A DNA stretch of 64,000 nucleotides from Gemmatimonadota bacterium (GTDB taxonomy: Bacteria > Latescibacterota > UBA2968 > UBA8231): contig JAYOYH010000020.1 in NCBI GenBank assembly GCA_038153405.1, positions 15,469-79,468 of the forward strand. The letters are read 5' to 3'. Numbering within the stretch: position 1 is the stretch's first letter; the number at the start of each line of letters is the position of its first letter. The notes beneath the pieces were generated by a model that saw only the letters and a program-made list of their open reading frames with translations, had not been told where the DNA came from and did not search any database. Positions 19,802 to 29,098 of the stretch are shown piece by piece. Position numbers and translations under genes: made by a program.

Positions 19802-19933
19802 ATGCTAGCCATCGCCCATTCCCTCACCAAAAAGGCCTTTACGCTAACCGGTTTTATCCTCACATTGGGCGCATTTGCCCTCTTTCTGGCCGCCGTTCCC
19901 ATCCTCCTCCTTTCCCTACTCTGGCTCCATTAA
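19802..19933 (+). CDS. Small hydrophobic protein (43 aa, not in ORF track)
   Basis: AGGAG RBS then ATG; MLAIAHSLTKKAFTLTGFILTLGAFALFLAAVPILLLSLLWLH. Confidence 0.6.
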   Translation: MLAIAHSLTKKAFTLTGFILTLGAFALFLAAVPILLLSLLWLH

Positions 19934-20066
19934 GGAGAAAAACATACCCCCTCCCCCCATTCGGATCGAAGTAATTTCCCCACCGACTTTACAGGTAGAT
20001 CGCTTTTCACTTTTTTAGTCGACAAGCGGTGGATTTTCTTTAACTCACAACATCCCCTGATATACC

Positions 20067-20972
20067 ATGCCCAACTGGGCCGACTTACTCACCGAACAGC
20101 GAAACCCAGCCAGCGAGCACATCGATGAAGTGTCCACGCTGGAAATGCTGGAAATTATACATGCTGAAGACGAGCAAGTGCCCCGTGCCGTGGGCGCTGA
20201 GCTGGCCCCCATTGCCCGCGCCGTCGATCTGGTGAGCGCAGCCTTCAAGCGCGGCGGGCGGCTATTTTACCTCGGGGCCGGCACCAGCGGCCGACTCGGC
20301 ATTCTCGACGCCTCCGAATGCCCTCCAACCTTTCGCGCACCACCAGAGCAGGTTCAGGGTTTAATAGCCGGAGGCGAACGGGCCGTTTTCCGCGCGGTGG
20401 AAGGAGCCGAAGACGATCCAAACGGCGCCATCGTCCAGCTACGTGAGCGCGCTCTCGGCGCAGCTGATGTAGTCATGGGCATTGCCGCCAGCGGCGTCAC
20501 GCCCTATGTCCTGGGGGGATTGCGCTTTGCCAAAATGCAGGGGTGTTCGACGATTTTCTTTACCTGTAGTGCGGTGCGCCCTCCCGATGAAGTGGATCTA
20601 TTGATTGCTCCGCGCGTAGGCCCCGAGGTCCTCACCGGTTCCACCCGCATGAAAGCCGGTACGGCGACCAAGCTGGTGCTCAATATGATTACCACGGGGG
20701 CGATGATTCGCTGCGGCAAGACCTACGGCAACCTGATGGTCGACCTGCAACCGAGCAACGCCAAACTGCTCGACCGCAGCAGGCGTATCTTTTCTGCGCT
20801 TACCGGCACGGACGGCGAAACCGCCGCCCAGCGGCTAACCGCTGCCGATGGCGATCTAAAAATAGCCCTCGTCATGGAACTGTGCGAAATTGATCGGGGC
20901 TCGGCCAGGCTTCTCCTCGAAAACCACGGCGGCAGCGTTAAGGGAGCCGTGCGAGCGTCGCTGCAGCAATGA
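20067..20972 (+). CDS. murQ: N-acetylmuramic acid 6-phosphate etherase
   Basis: TEQRN, GAGTSGRLGILDASECPPTF, GPEVLTGSTRMKAGTA. Confidence 0.96.
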   Translation: MPNWADLLTEQRNPASEHIDEVSTLEMLEIIHAEDEQVPRAVGAELAPIARAVDLVSAAFKRGGRLFYLGAGTSGRLGILDASECPPTFRAPPEQVQGLIAGGERAVFRAVEGAEDDPNGAIVQLRERALGAADVVMGIAASGVTPYVLGGLRFAKMQGCSTIFFTCSAVRPPDEVDLLIAPRVGPEVLTGSTRMKAGTATKLVLNMITTGAMIRCGKTYGNLMVDLQPSNAKLLDRSRRIFSALTGTDGETAAQRLTAADGDLKIALVMELCEIDRGSARLLLENHGGSVKGAVRASLQQ

Positions 20973-21922
20973 TTTATTCCCTTTTGGGCTCGACTGAGTT
21001 TTCCGTTTCGCGCCTTGGTTTAGGCACCGTGCAGCTTGGCATGCCCTACGGCCTCGATGACGCACAGCCCCCCGACGACGACACCTGTATCGCCCTTGTC
21101 CGCCAAGCCATTGAAGCTGGCATCAATTATATCGATACCGCTTCGGCCTACGGGCGCAGTGAAGCGCTGGTCGGCCGTGCCTGCAGCGGATTGAGCGCGC
21201 AGCCCATCGTCTGCACCAAAGTCTCCCTGCCCGAAACCAACGAAAGCCGCGCGCTGGTCGGCCATTTCCGCGAACAATTGGACAACAGCCGTCGCCTACT
21301 CAACCGCGATGTGCTGCCCTTAGTCAAACTGCACAGCCAACAGGGCTCCTTTACCTACCCAGCCCTCTTTGAAGCCATGGATACATTTTCTGCGCTTGGC
21401 TGGGTGCAGCACTGGGGAGTGACCACCTATGGGATCCAAGCCCCCCAGTTGGCGCTGAGCTTTCCCCAATACTTCCGCGCACTGCAAATTCCCTACAATG
21501 CCCTCGACCGCTTGTCCGAAGAAGCGCTCTTTCCAACCGCGGCGGCCAAGCAAGTGGGCCTTGTCGCCCGCTCCGCCTTTTTACAGGGCATCCTGACCGA
21601 CCGCTTTGAGGTTCTTCCCCCTGCCCTCGTTCCGCTGCAACCCAGCCTGCGCGCGCTGCGCGACGTAGCCCAACAGGCCGGCCTATCTCTAGCCGAATTA
21701 GCCTTTCGCTATGTAGCCCATCACCCGGCCATCCACACGGCGCTCTTTGGCACCGCTTCGGCCACCGAACTGCGCGCCAATCTCCACTACTTTCAGCAGG
21801 GGCCCCTGCCCGATGACCTTTTGAGCGCCATTCGAGGCGTGCACGTGGCCGCGCCCGAATTGCTCAACCCGAGCAACTGGCAGCAGCCAGCCCCACCATT
21901 GCAGACGAGACGCAACGCATGA
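20969..21922 (+). CDS. Aldo/keto reductase
   Basis: SRLGLGTVQLG, IDTASAYGRSE, TK, QIPYN. Confidence 0.88.
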   Translation: MIYSLLGSTEFSVSRLGLGTVQLGMPYGLDDAQPPDDDTCIALVRQAIEAGINYIDTASAYGRSEALVGRACSGLSAQPIVCTKVSLPETNESRALVGHFREQLDNSRRLLNRDVLPLVKLHSQQGSFTYPALFEAMDTFSALGWVQHWGVTTYGIQAPQLALSFPQYFRALQIPYNALDRLSEEALFPTAAAKQVGLVARSAFLQGILTDRFEVLPPALVPLQPSLRALRDVAQQAGLSLAELAFRYVAHHPAIHTALFGTASATELRANLHYFQQGPLPDDLLSAIRGVHVAAPELLNPSNWQQPAPPLQTRRNA

Positions 21923-22311
21923 GCGAAGTAGCCTATACGAGTTGGGGCTTGATTCCCTACGACGACGATGTGCTGGCTGCAGGCCCCACCTCAACACATC
22001 CTCCCATGATCGGCAATCTGTCACTCGACAGGCATTCTAGCCTGGTGTTTCAACTAGCGGCTGCACCCGACCCACTGGGCGTACGCCTGGTCACCACGGC
22101 TTTTTCTGCCCCAGATCCCGAACGGGCATTTCAATTGTTCACCGGCTCCACAATGGACGAATACCGCCCGCTGGAGAAAACGGTATGGCAGCTCAAATAC
22201 GACGGCCCCTTTGCCCACTGCAGCACGAAGATTCAAGAAGTAGGAACGGTGATCAAGCTGCACTGTACTTCCGCTTCCAGCATCGTGATAACCAGCGTAC
22301 ATTTCTCTTAG
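21919..22311 (+). CDS. Hypothetical protein
   Basis: ATGA overlap with the AKR gene and 9 bp from the next gene; no recognisable motif. Confidence 0.6.
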   Translation: MSEVAYTSWGLIPYDDDVLAAGPTSTHPPMIGNLSLDRHSSLVFQLAAAPDPLGVRLVTTAFSAPDPERAFQLFTGSTMDEYRPLEKTVWQLKYDGPFAHCSTKIQEVGTVIKLHCTSASSIVITSVHFS

Positions 22312-22320
22312 GAGACGCGC

Positions 22321-23418
22321 ATGACAAGCGAGTTGATAGGGGCCAACCAAGATGCGATTGACACGCCCCACCTACTGCTCGACCTCGATCTTTTAGAGCA
22401 GAACATTCGATCTATGAGCGCCTTTTGCAGCCAACACCAGTGTCAGTGGCGGCCGCACAGCAAGGCGCATAAATGCCCACAAATCGCCCATATGCAAATC
22501 GCGGCCGGCGCCGTCGGCATCACCTGCGCCAAACTAGGCGAGGCCGAGCTTATGGCCCATCATGGCATAGGACAAATCCTCCTAGCCAACCAGCTCAGTA
22601 CGCCGACTAAATGGGCCCGATTAGCCGCGTTGCAGGAAGAGTCCGAAGTAATTGCCAGCGTCGATGACGAGGCGGTAATTCCCCTAGCCGAAGAGGCCGC
22701 ACGCCGCCGAGCAACACGCATCCCCCTCGTAGTTGAACTCGACATCGGCATGGGTCGGGTAGGGGTAGTCGAGGTAGACGATGTGTTGGCCCTCGCCCGG
22801 CGCATACACGAGAGCGATGCCCTCGAGTTTCGCGGACTCATGGGCTACGAGGGGCACGTCCTCGCCGTCCAGCCTGCAATGAAAAAAGAGGAGGCCTGTC
22901 GGAGCGCCGTTGGCCGCCTGCTGCAGGCTCGCGATTACCTACTGGAAAACGGCCTTGCCTGCCCCATCATCAGCGCCGGCGGCACCGGGTCGTACCGCAT
23001 TACGGCGACGATGTCCGGGGTAACCGAAGTGCAGGCGGGCGGCGGCATCTTTATGGACGCCAAATACCGGGACGAATTCCACGTCGAAGGTTTGCAAACG
23101 GCTCTGCGACTAGTGGCCAGCGTCACCAGTCGCAGAGCCGGACAAATTGTCACCGACAGCGGCTTTAAAAGCCTCTCCGCGCACCACGGCGCTCCCCAAG
23201 TCTTGAACCACACCGGCATTGAGTTGAAATACCTATCGGCAGAGCACGGCGTGTTCAATGTGGTCGAACACGCGCCTCTCCCCGCGCTAGGGGCACGCGT
23301 TGAACTCGGCTTGGGCTATACGGACTCTACGACATTTCTACACGACGTTTTTTGGGGTGTGCGCGGAGGGACCGTGGAGTCCATCCTGCCCATTCTTGGC
23401 CGGGGCCTGTTAACTTAA
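22321..23418 (+). CDS. DSD1/D-threonine aldolase-like PLP enzyme (alanine racemase fold)
   Basis: DTP, RPHSKAHK, GLMGYEGH, GGTG, SAEHG. Confidence 0.88.
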   Translation: MTSELIGANQDAIDTPHLLLDLDLLEQNIRSMSAFCSQHQCQWRPHSKAHKCPQIAHMQIAAGAVGITCAKLGEAELMAHHGIGQILLANQLSTPTKWARLAALQEESEVIASVDDEAVIPLAEEAARRRATRIPLVVELDIGMGRVGVVEVDDVLALARRIHESDALEFRGLMGYEGHVLAVQPAMKKEEACRSAVGRLLQARDYLLENGLACPIISAGGTGSYRITATMSGVTEVQAGGGIFMDAKYRDEFHVEGLQTALRLVASVTSRRAGQIVTDSGFKSLSAHHGAPQVLNHTGIELKYLSAEHGVFNVVEHAPLPALGARVELGLGYTDSTTFLHDVFWGVRGGTVESILPILGRGLLT

Positions 23419-23424
23419 AAGCCG

Positions 23425-24597
23425 ATGCATTGCCTAATCGTATCCATCGACAGTCTGCGCTTAGATTACGTCTCGCCCACCAACCGGCATATTAAAACGC
23501 CGCGTTTTGACGATCTGACGCGCGATTTTTGTTTTTACAGCGGCCTGTTTTCTGCATCCACCGCTACCCGCCCCGTCCATACCTCGCTCTTTACGGGACT
23601 CTACCCCTTTGAACACGGCGTCCTCAGCCAGCGCACGCCGTCTGCGCGCCCGGGCTTTTCACACCTTTTCGAACTACTTCAACGTGCGGGTGCAAACGTC
23701 TTTGGCTTTTCAGAGGCGCATCAACTCTTTACCGGCCTCCCGTTTGCTCCCTATATAGGCCCTTTCCAGCCCGCGGCACTGACGCGGTCCCTGCGCCCGA
23801 CCTCGCATCGCCCCCACTGCGTTTTCCTCCACTACTGGGGGGCACATACCCCCTACGGTGCGCGCGACGGATCGGCGCTAGGCGAGACGGCCCAACTGCT
23901 GCGCACGGGTCAGCTCCACGTTATTAAAGAGCGCTATATGCGCGCAATAGAGCATATTTTCGAGCGCCGCCTCGTTTCAGTCCTCGAAGCAATCGATCTA
24001 CGCGAGTGGTCTGTTTTTATTTTTTCCGATCACGGAGAAAGCTGGACACCGGAGGAACCCTACCACGGCTATACGCTGCGCAACTCGGTCCTGCGGGTGC
24101 CCCTCTACTACCACATTCCCAGCACCAACAACCTGCCGCCCTCGCGCTCCGTAGCTTCCCTTATCGATCTCTATCCCACCATACTCAACCTCTTTGAGAC
24201 TGAGAGTACCCACCCCACCTTCGCGGTGGATCTGCGCGGCGATACCGACCCCAACCCCTACAAGCTTGCCCAAATTCATCCCGATCCCATGCCTAACGAT
24301 CTTGCGCCCCCCAAAGGCTTCGCCCGTCTCCATTCACCAACTACAGGCCGTCAATGGGCCCTATTTAACCCAGCCTGTAAATACACCTATGACGAGGATT
24401 CTGCCGAGGGGCGATTGGAGCACACTCTGAGCGAAGAAAGACTGCAGCGAGACGAGCTATCGCACGCCCATTTTGAAGGCGAGTTTGCCCGATTGCAGAA
24501 CCTGTCGCCGTTGGCCAAGGGCCCCGTGGGGCAAGCCGAAGAAGGCGATGCAGCCCTCCTCGATCAGCGCCTGCGCGACCTGGGCTATCTCGACTAA
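23425..24597 (+). CDS. Sulfatase-like (alkaline phosphatase superfamily) hydrolase/transferase
   Basis: SIDSLR, TRPVHTSLFTG, HTPY, SDHGE, LRDLGY. Confidence 0.82.
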   Translation: MHCLIVSIDSLRLDYVSPTNRHIKTPRFDDLTRDFCFYSGLFSASTATRPVHTSLFTGLYPFEHGVLSQRTPSARPGFSHLFELLQRAGANVFGFSEAHQLFTGLPFAPYIGPFQPAALTRSLRPTSHRPHCVFLHYWGAHTPYGARDGSALGETAQLLRTGQLHVIKERYMRAIEHIFERRLVSVLEAIDLREWSVFIFSDHGESWTPEEPYHGYTLRNSVLRVPLYYHIPSTNNLPPSRSVASLIDLYPTILNLFETESTHPTFAVDLRGDTDPNPYKLAQIHPDPMPNDLAPPKGFARLHSPTTGRQWALFNPACKYTYDEDSAEGRLEHTLSEERLQRDELSHAHFEGEFARLQNLSPLAKGPVGQAEEGDAALLDQRLRDLGYLD

Positions 24598-24604
24598 CCG
24601 AGCA

Positions 24605-25105
24605 TCAGTTGGCGGGGATTTCAACCAATTGACCGCGCATGGAAAACAAATCGACGACATGGTAGGTGGAACGACCAAAACGCCCCATGATTTCGCCCGG
24701 GTTTAACAGCAATACGCCGTTTTGTAACAGTACTTCGTGGGCGATGTGGTCGTGGCCATAGCAAACGATATCAGACGAAGCCGATTCGGCCAGACGCCGG
24801 GCAATTTGCGGGTAGTGATTGGCCAGAATGCGGCGACCGGCCCATTCGAACTCGGCGATTTCTCCGTGCAAGGTGACATGGGCAAAACGGCTGGCCTGTT
24901 GGGTGAGTAGGAACTTGTCCCCATCGTTATTCCCCCAGACGACGTGGATGGGGCCAGCAAAACCCTCGGCCAGTTGTACAAGGGTAAACGGAGCGCAGAA
25001 ATCGCCGCAAAAAAGCAGCGCGGCCTCCTCTTGCGGGAGGCTATCTAGCGCTCGTTGCAGCGCCCAAATATTATCGTGAATATCGGAACACACAATGAGT
25101 TTCAT
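24605..25105 (-). CDS. YfcE-family metallophosphoesterase
   Basis: SDIHDN, CGD, GNND, GHDH, NPGE. Confidence 0.9.
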   Translation of the reverse strand: MKLIVCSDIHDNIWALQRALDSLPQEEAALLFCGDFCAPFTLVQLAEGFAGPIHVVWGNNDGDKFLLTQQASRFAHVTLHGEIAEFEWAGRRILANHYPQIARRLAESASSDIVCYGHDHIAHEVLLQNGVLLLNPGEIMGRFGRSTYHVVDLFSMRGQLVEIPAN

Positions 25106-25719
25106 CGCCCCGTTACCCCGCTTTCATGCGCATCGTGGTACGATGCATAATCGGTACCCAACTCGGCAAAAACGCGCTCCCATCGTCCCGCATAAGATGG
25201 GTGAGTCAAATCGGCGACAAATCCCAATTTGAGATAGGTCTTTATAGCGGGCAAGCGAAAATCGTCCGTCAGCAGGAAGATGGGACGGCGTGCCAAGCCC
25301 GTGGCGTGTTGCACTGCAGCAGCAGCCACCTGCTGGCCCAACCCCCGCCCACCGTGCTGGCCATGAGCGGCAATCCACCCAATTTCCCAGCAGGGCTGGC
25401 CGGTGCGACAGCGATCATAGACACCGGCACAGGCGACCAGCTCTTCGAAGTACACGACGAAGAATTGCCCCCCCGACACCAGGGCTCCATCCAGTTCGCC
25501 CTGAACCCGCTCAGCAGTCCACTGGCCCAACTGCCCGTTGATATTGAGCAAGGCACTCCAGCGGGTTTGATCCCCTTCGGCAAAGGCTCGCAAGAAGTAG
25601 GGAGCAGGTATCGGCCCGACGGAGGGGGCCTCTTGCGCGGGATACCACATGAGCAACTGGGGTTGGTCTCTTTTGCTCCCATTGGAGCGCAGCTTATTGA
25701 GTAAACCGCGCATCATCAC
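25102..25719 (-). CDS. GNAT family N-acetyltransferase
   Basis: HGGRGLG acetyl-CoA motif, AIKTYLKLGF. Confidence 0.85.
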   Translation of the reverse strand: MMMRGLLNKLRSNGSKRDQPQLLMWYPAQEAPSVGPIPAPYFLRAFAEGDQTRWSALLNINGQLGQWTAERVQGELDGALVSGGQFFVVYFEELVACAGVYDRCRTGQPCWEIGWIAAHGQHGGRGLGQQVAAAAVQHATGLARRPIFLLTDDFRLPAIKTYLKLGFVADLTHPSYAGRWERVFAELGTDYASYHDAHESGVTGR

Positions 25720-26132
25720 TCGGACTGTTGGCCCAAGTGCCGCTGGCGAATAAACGAGGATTTGTAGCGCTCCGGTTGGAGGGCATCAAGTACGACCACT
25801 CGACACTGGGGAAAGCGCGCGGCCAGATCCGGCGGGCAGCGCTGGTCGTATCCCAGGGCAATGATATCGGGCGTTATATCGCCGACGACCTGCAGCAGGT
25901 TTTGTCCCTCGTATCCAAGCTGCACCCAGTCGGCGATCCCCAATGAGGCTACATTGGCCCGGCGTTCCTCTTCGCGGTGGTCCGGGTAGTGTCCTTTTAT
26001 GCGGTTAACATTCTCGTCTCGAGCGACGACTACGACGAGTTCATCGCCCAGCGACGCGGCCTGGCGCAAAAAATACTCGTGACCAGGATGCAGATAATCA
26101 AACGTGCCGCAACATAAAACGCGTGTGGTCAT
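25716..26132 (-). CDS. Cytidylyltransferase-family nucleotidyltransferase, RibL (FAD synthase)-like
   Basis: GTFDYLHPGH, VVARD, PDIIALGYDQ, KSS. Confidence 0.82.
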   Translation of the reverse strand: MTTRVLCCGTFDYLHPGHEYFLRQAASLGDELVVVVARDENVNRIKGHYPDHREEERRANVASLGIADWVQLGYEGQNLLQVVGDITPDIIALGYDQRCPPDLAARFPQCRVVVLDALQPERYKSSFIRQRHLGQQSE

Positions 26133-26138
26133 AACCGC

Positions 26139-26636
26139 TTATTCGTTTTCCCTTTTATCCACCCAATATTCCATGGCGCGATCCGCCTTAAAACGCTTTC
26201 CGAAGTGCTCGGCGTCGACCTGCGTCTTGAAATATCCAATGCGAACGCGGACTTCCTTGCTGCCAGGCCGAGCGATGGCATAGGCTGGGTAACCGGCTCC
26301 GTTGAGTTCTCGAACTAGCAAATTGGCTTTGGCCGCATCGCGGTAACCTCCGACTTGAACGGTGTATTGGCCCGTGGGATCATAGGCGATTAGGGCCAGC
26401 TCATCAACCGTTCCCACCTCCAGCACAGGGGCGCGTTCGCTTTGCTCGAAGATATTGTGATTAATGGTCTGGCTCTCGTCGACCGGTTCCTGGTCCACCG
26501 GTTTTTCACCCTTTAATTCGACGACTTCAGAGTGTACGCCCTCCTCTTCGAGGCCCAATTCGTCGCGCCGATCAATTTCGCCCGCGCAGGCGATCAGACC
26601 GAATGCGGCCATCGGTATCCAAAGCCTACAGTTCAT
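26139..26636 (-). CDS. SPOR-domain lipoprotein
   Basis: Lipobox LIAC; YTVQVGGY...VRVRIGYF SPOR domain; start re-placed after hemL. Confidence 0.82.
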   Translation of the reverse strand: MNCRLWIPMAAFGLIACAGEIDRRDELGLEEEGVHSEVVELKGEKPVDQEPVDESQTINHNIFEQSERAPVLEVGTVDELALIAYDPTGQYTVQVGGYRDAAKANLLVRELNGAGYPAYAIARPGSKEVRVRIGYFKTQVDAEHFGKRFKADRAMEYWVDKRENE

Positions 26637-26652
26637 TGTCGACACCATGGCA

Positions 26653-27945
26653 CTAATGCACAGCTTTGAGCGCATCGTAGTGCACTGCAAGCGTCTTTTC
26701 AACGTCTTCATCGCTGTGTACAACAGAAGGGAACATGCATTCATACTGCGAAGGCGCCAGGTAGATGCCGCGCTCGAGACACGCCCAGAAATAGCGCGCA
26801 AACCGCTCCAAATCTACGGTGGCCAAATCGGCAAAGCTGCAGACCTTGCCCTCGACGAAAAACATGGATAGCATGCCGCCTACGCGGTTGATCGCGTAGT
26901 TCAGCCCCAATCGCTTGAGATTGGCGCGCATACCCTCTTCCAGATGGTCAGTCACAGCCATGAGACGATCGTAGATTCCCGGTTCGGAAAGCATCGTCAG
27001 CTGCTCTAGCCCCGCTGCCATGGCCAGCGGATTGCCCGACAGCGTGCCGGCCTGCGAAACCTTCATTCCCATCGGCGAAACATTGTCCATAATGTCTCGA
27101 CGACCACCGTAGGCGGCAGCCGGCAAGCCTCCACCGACGATCTTGCCCAAACAGGTCAGATCGGGTTGGACGCCATATAGATGCTGCGCTCCGCCAGGAC
27201 CGACGCGGAAACCGGTTATCACCTCGTCAAAAATCAACACGGCACCTGATTCGGTGGCCAATTGGCGCAGGGCGGCAAGAAAGCCTTCCGCTGGCGGGAC
27301 CGTCCCCATATTGCCCGCGACAGGTTCTACGATAAGGGCGGCTATTTCCTGCGGATTTTCAGCGAGGGCACGCAGGGCAGCTTCTGCATCGTTGTAGGGC
27401 ACCGTCAGCGTGTTGTCGGCGATGCCCTGCGGGATGCCCGGACTATCGGGTGCGCCCAGCGTCAACGAGGAGGATCCGGCCTTGATCAAAAAGCTATCGC
27501 CATGCCCGTGCCAACACCCGTCGAATTTAATAATCTTTTCGCGCCCGGTATAGCCGCGCGCCAGGCGGATAGCCGACATGGTCGCCTCCGTGCCAGAGCT
27601 GACCATGCGCACTTTTTCCACCGAAGGCACCATTTCGATTATCTTGCGCGCCAGCTGCGTTTCCAATAGCGTCGGCGCACCAAAACTCGTTCCCTTCGCA
27701 CAGGCTTTGCCAATGGCCTCCACCACGCGCGGATGGGCATGTCCTAAGATCAACGGTCCCCAAGAACACACGTAGTCTATATACTCGTTATCGTCGATAT
27801 CCCATACGTGTGATCCGCTGCCCCGCGCAAAAAAGCGCGGCCCCCCTCCGACGGCACCAAATGCCCGCGCGGGACTATTTACTCCGCCGGGAATGCACTC
27901 CAGCGCTTCTGCAAATGCCCGTTTTGAATTTTCCGACCCCGCCAT
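26653..27945 (-). CDS. hemL: Glutamate-1-semialdehyde 2,1-aminomutase
   Basis: PGGVNSPARAF, SGTEATMSAIRLARG, FDEVITGFR, GKIVGGGLP. Confidence 0.97.
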   Translation of the reverse strand: MAGSENSKRAFAEALECIPGGVNSPARAFGAVGGGPRFFARGSGSHVWDIDDNEYIDYVCSWGPLILGHAHPRVVEAIGKACAKGTSFGAPTLLETQLARKIIEMVPSVEKVRMVSSGTEATMSAIRLARGYTGREKIIKFDGCWHGHGDSFLIKAGSSSLTLGAPDSPGIPQGIADNTLTVPYNDAEAALRALAENPQEIAALIVEPVAGNMGTVPPAEGFLAALRQLATESGAVLIFDEVITGFRVGPGGAQHLYGVQPDLTCLGKIVGGGLPAAAYGGRRDIMDNVSPMGMKVSQAGTLSGNPLAMAAGLEQLTMLSEPGIYDRLMAVTDHLEEGMRANLKRLGLNYAINRVGGMLSMFFVEGKVCSFADLATVDLERFARYFWACLERGIYLAPSQYECMFPSVVHSDEDVEKTLAVHYDALKAVH

Positions 27946-28031
27946 TACAATCCATTCTCCTCGCTCTATTCGCGCAATTAGTTATACTTAATCTACTGCA
28001 TTCAACGGCTATAATCCACCGGGGCACGCGC

Positions 28032-28442
28032 ATGGCACGACTTTTAATCATTGACGATAGCCCGCAGAACCAGCAGTACTTAGCACGCATTATTCGCCTG
28101 CGCACCAAACACGAAGTAGCCTTTGCCAACAGTGGACCGACCGGTATCGAGCAGATTGTTGCCGATCGGCCCGACCTCATCTTTTTAGATCTGTTTATTC
28201 CGGGGATAGACGGATTTGAATTATTTAAGATTTTGCGCGACCACCCGGCCACCCACAACATACCCATCGTCATTCATACGGCCGTGCCACTGGATCAAAT
28301 TACCCGTATCCGCTTAAGGCGCGTACAATCCGACGCATTTGTGGAGTTTCCCATCGAGGCCAGCGCACTAGTGCGCGTTATCTCCACAGCTCTTCAGCGC
28401 AACAGCAGCGGAACCCGCAAATGGATTCCGCCCAAGGCCTAA
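28032..28442 (+). CDS. Single-domain response regulator (atypical receiver)
   Basis: LIIDD, PDLIFLD, PGIDG, IVIHT; the KP motif is replaced by FP. Confidence 0.85.
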   Translation: MARLLIIDDSPQNQQYLARIIRLRTKHEVAFANSGPTGIEQIVADRPDLIFLDLFIPGIDGFELFKILRDHPATHNIPIVIHTAVPLDQITRIRLRRVQSDAFVEFPIEASALVRVISTALQRNSSGTRKWIPPKA

Positions 28443-28443
28443 G

Positions 28444-29022
28444 TTAATTAGCCCTCTTATTGTCGGTCGGCGTCACTAGGCTCGTGACGCGCACGGCCAT
28501 TAAGTCCGAGACCACAACGACTTCACCGGCGCCAAAAAGCCGCCCGTTGATGCGAATCTCAAAAGCCTCGCCGGCCAGCTTGTCCAACTCGATCACTTCT
28601 TGCTCCTTGAGCTTGGCCAATTCTCCGACTGTCATTTCTTTTCGGCCCAGTTCCACTGAAATATCCACCGATACATTGTGGAGTAGATCCGGTCTCAACT
28701 GCTTTTTGGGAACGGAGGGTTCAAGCTGGGGAAAACGCACGGCGGCAATCTGGTCGTCGTCGTCGAATTCATCTAGGGTATGCCCCCCCTCTGTCCAGGC
28801 CTGAATTGCCTCTTTGACGCCCGAATCCTCGTCTACGGCTTCTTCCTCATCGCCACCGAGTTGCTCTTCCAGATGTTCGAGACCGTCGTCGTCATCCCTT
28901 TCCACATCGGCACGATCGTCGCCCTCTTGGGAATTATCCTCCCTCTCGGCGCCCTCCAATCCATCCACCGATTCTTCGTCTGCTTGCGCTTCGTTTTCCA
29001 AATCAGGATCGAGTTCAGCCAT
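28444..29022 (-). CDS. fliN: FliN/SpoA-domain protein with an acidic N-terminus
   Basis: VDISVELGR...VIELDKLAGE...INGRLFGAGEVVVV...AVRV. Confidence 0.85.
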   Translation of the reverse strand: MAELDPDLENEAQADEESVDGLEGAEREDNSQEGDDRADVERDDDDGLEHLEEQLGGDEEEAVDEDSGVKEAIQAWTEGGHTLDEFDDDDQIAAVRFPQLEPSVPKKQLRPDLLHNVSVDISVELGRKEMTVGELAKLKEQEVIELDKLAGEAFEIRINGRLFGAGEVVVVSDLMAVRVTSLVTPTDNKRAN

Positions 29023-29098
29023 TGCGATTTCCCATCGGCCAGCCAGCGGTCAATAACGACATTTCTCCAAATGCCTTAATTTACTATATATCAGCTAT

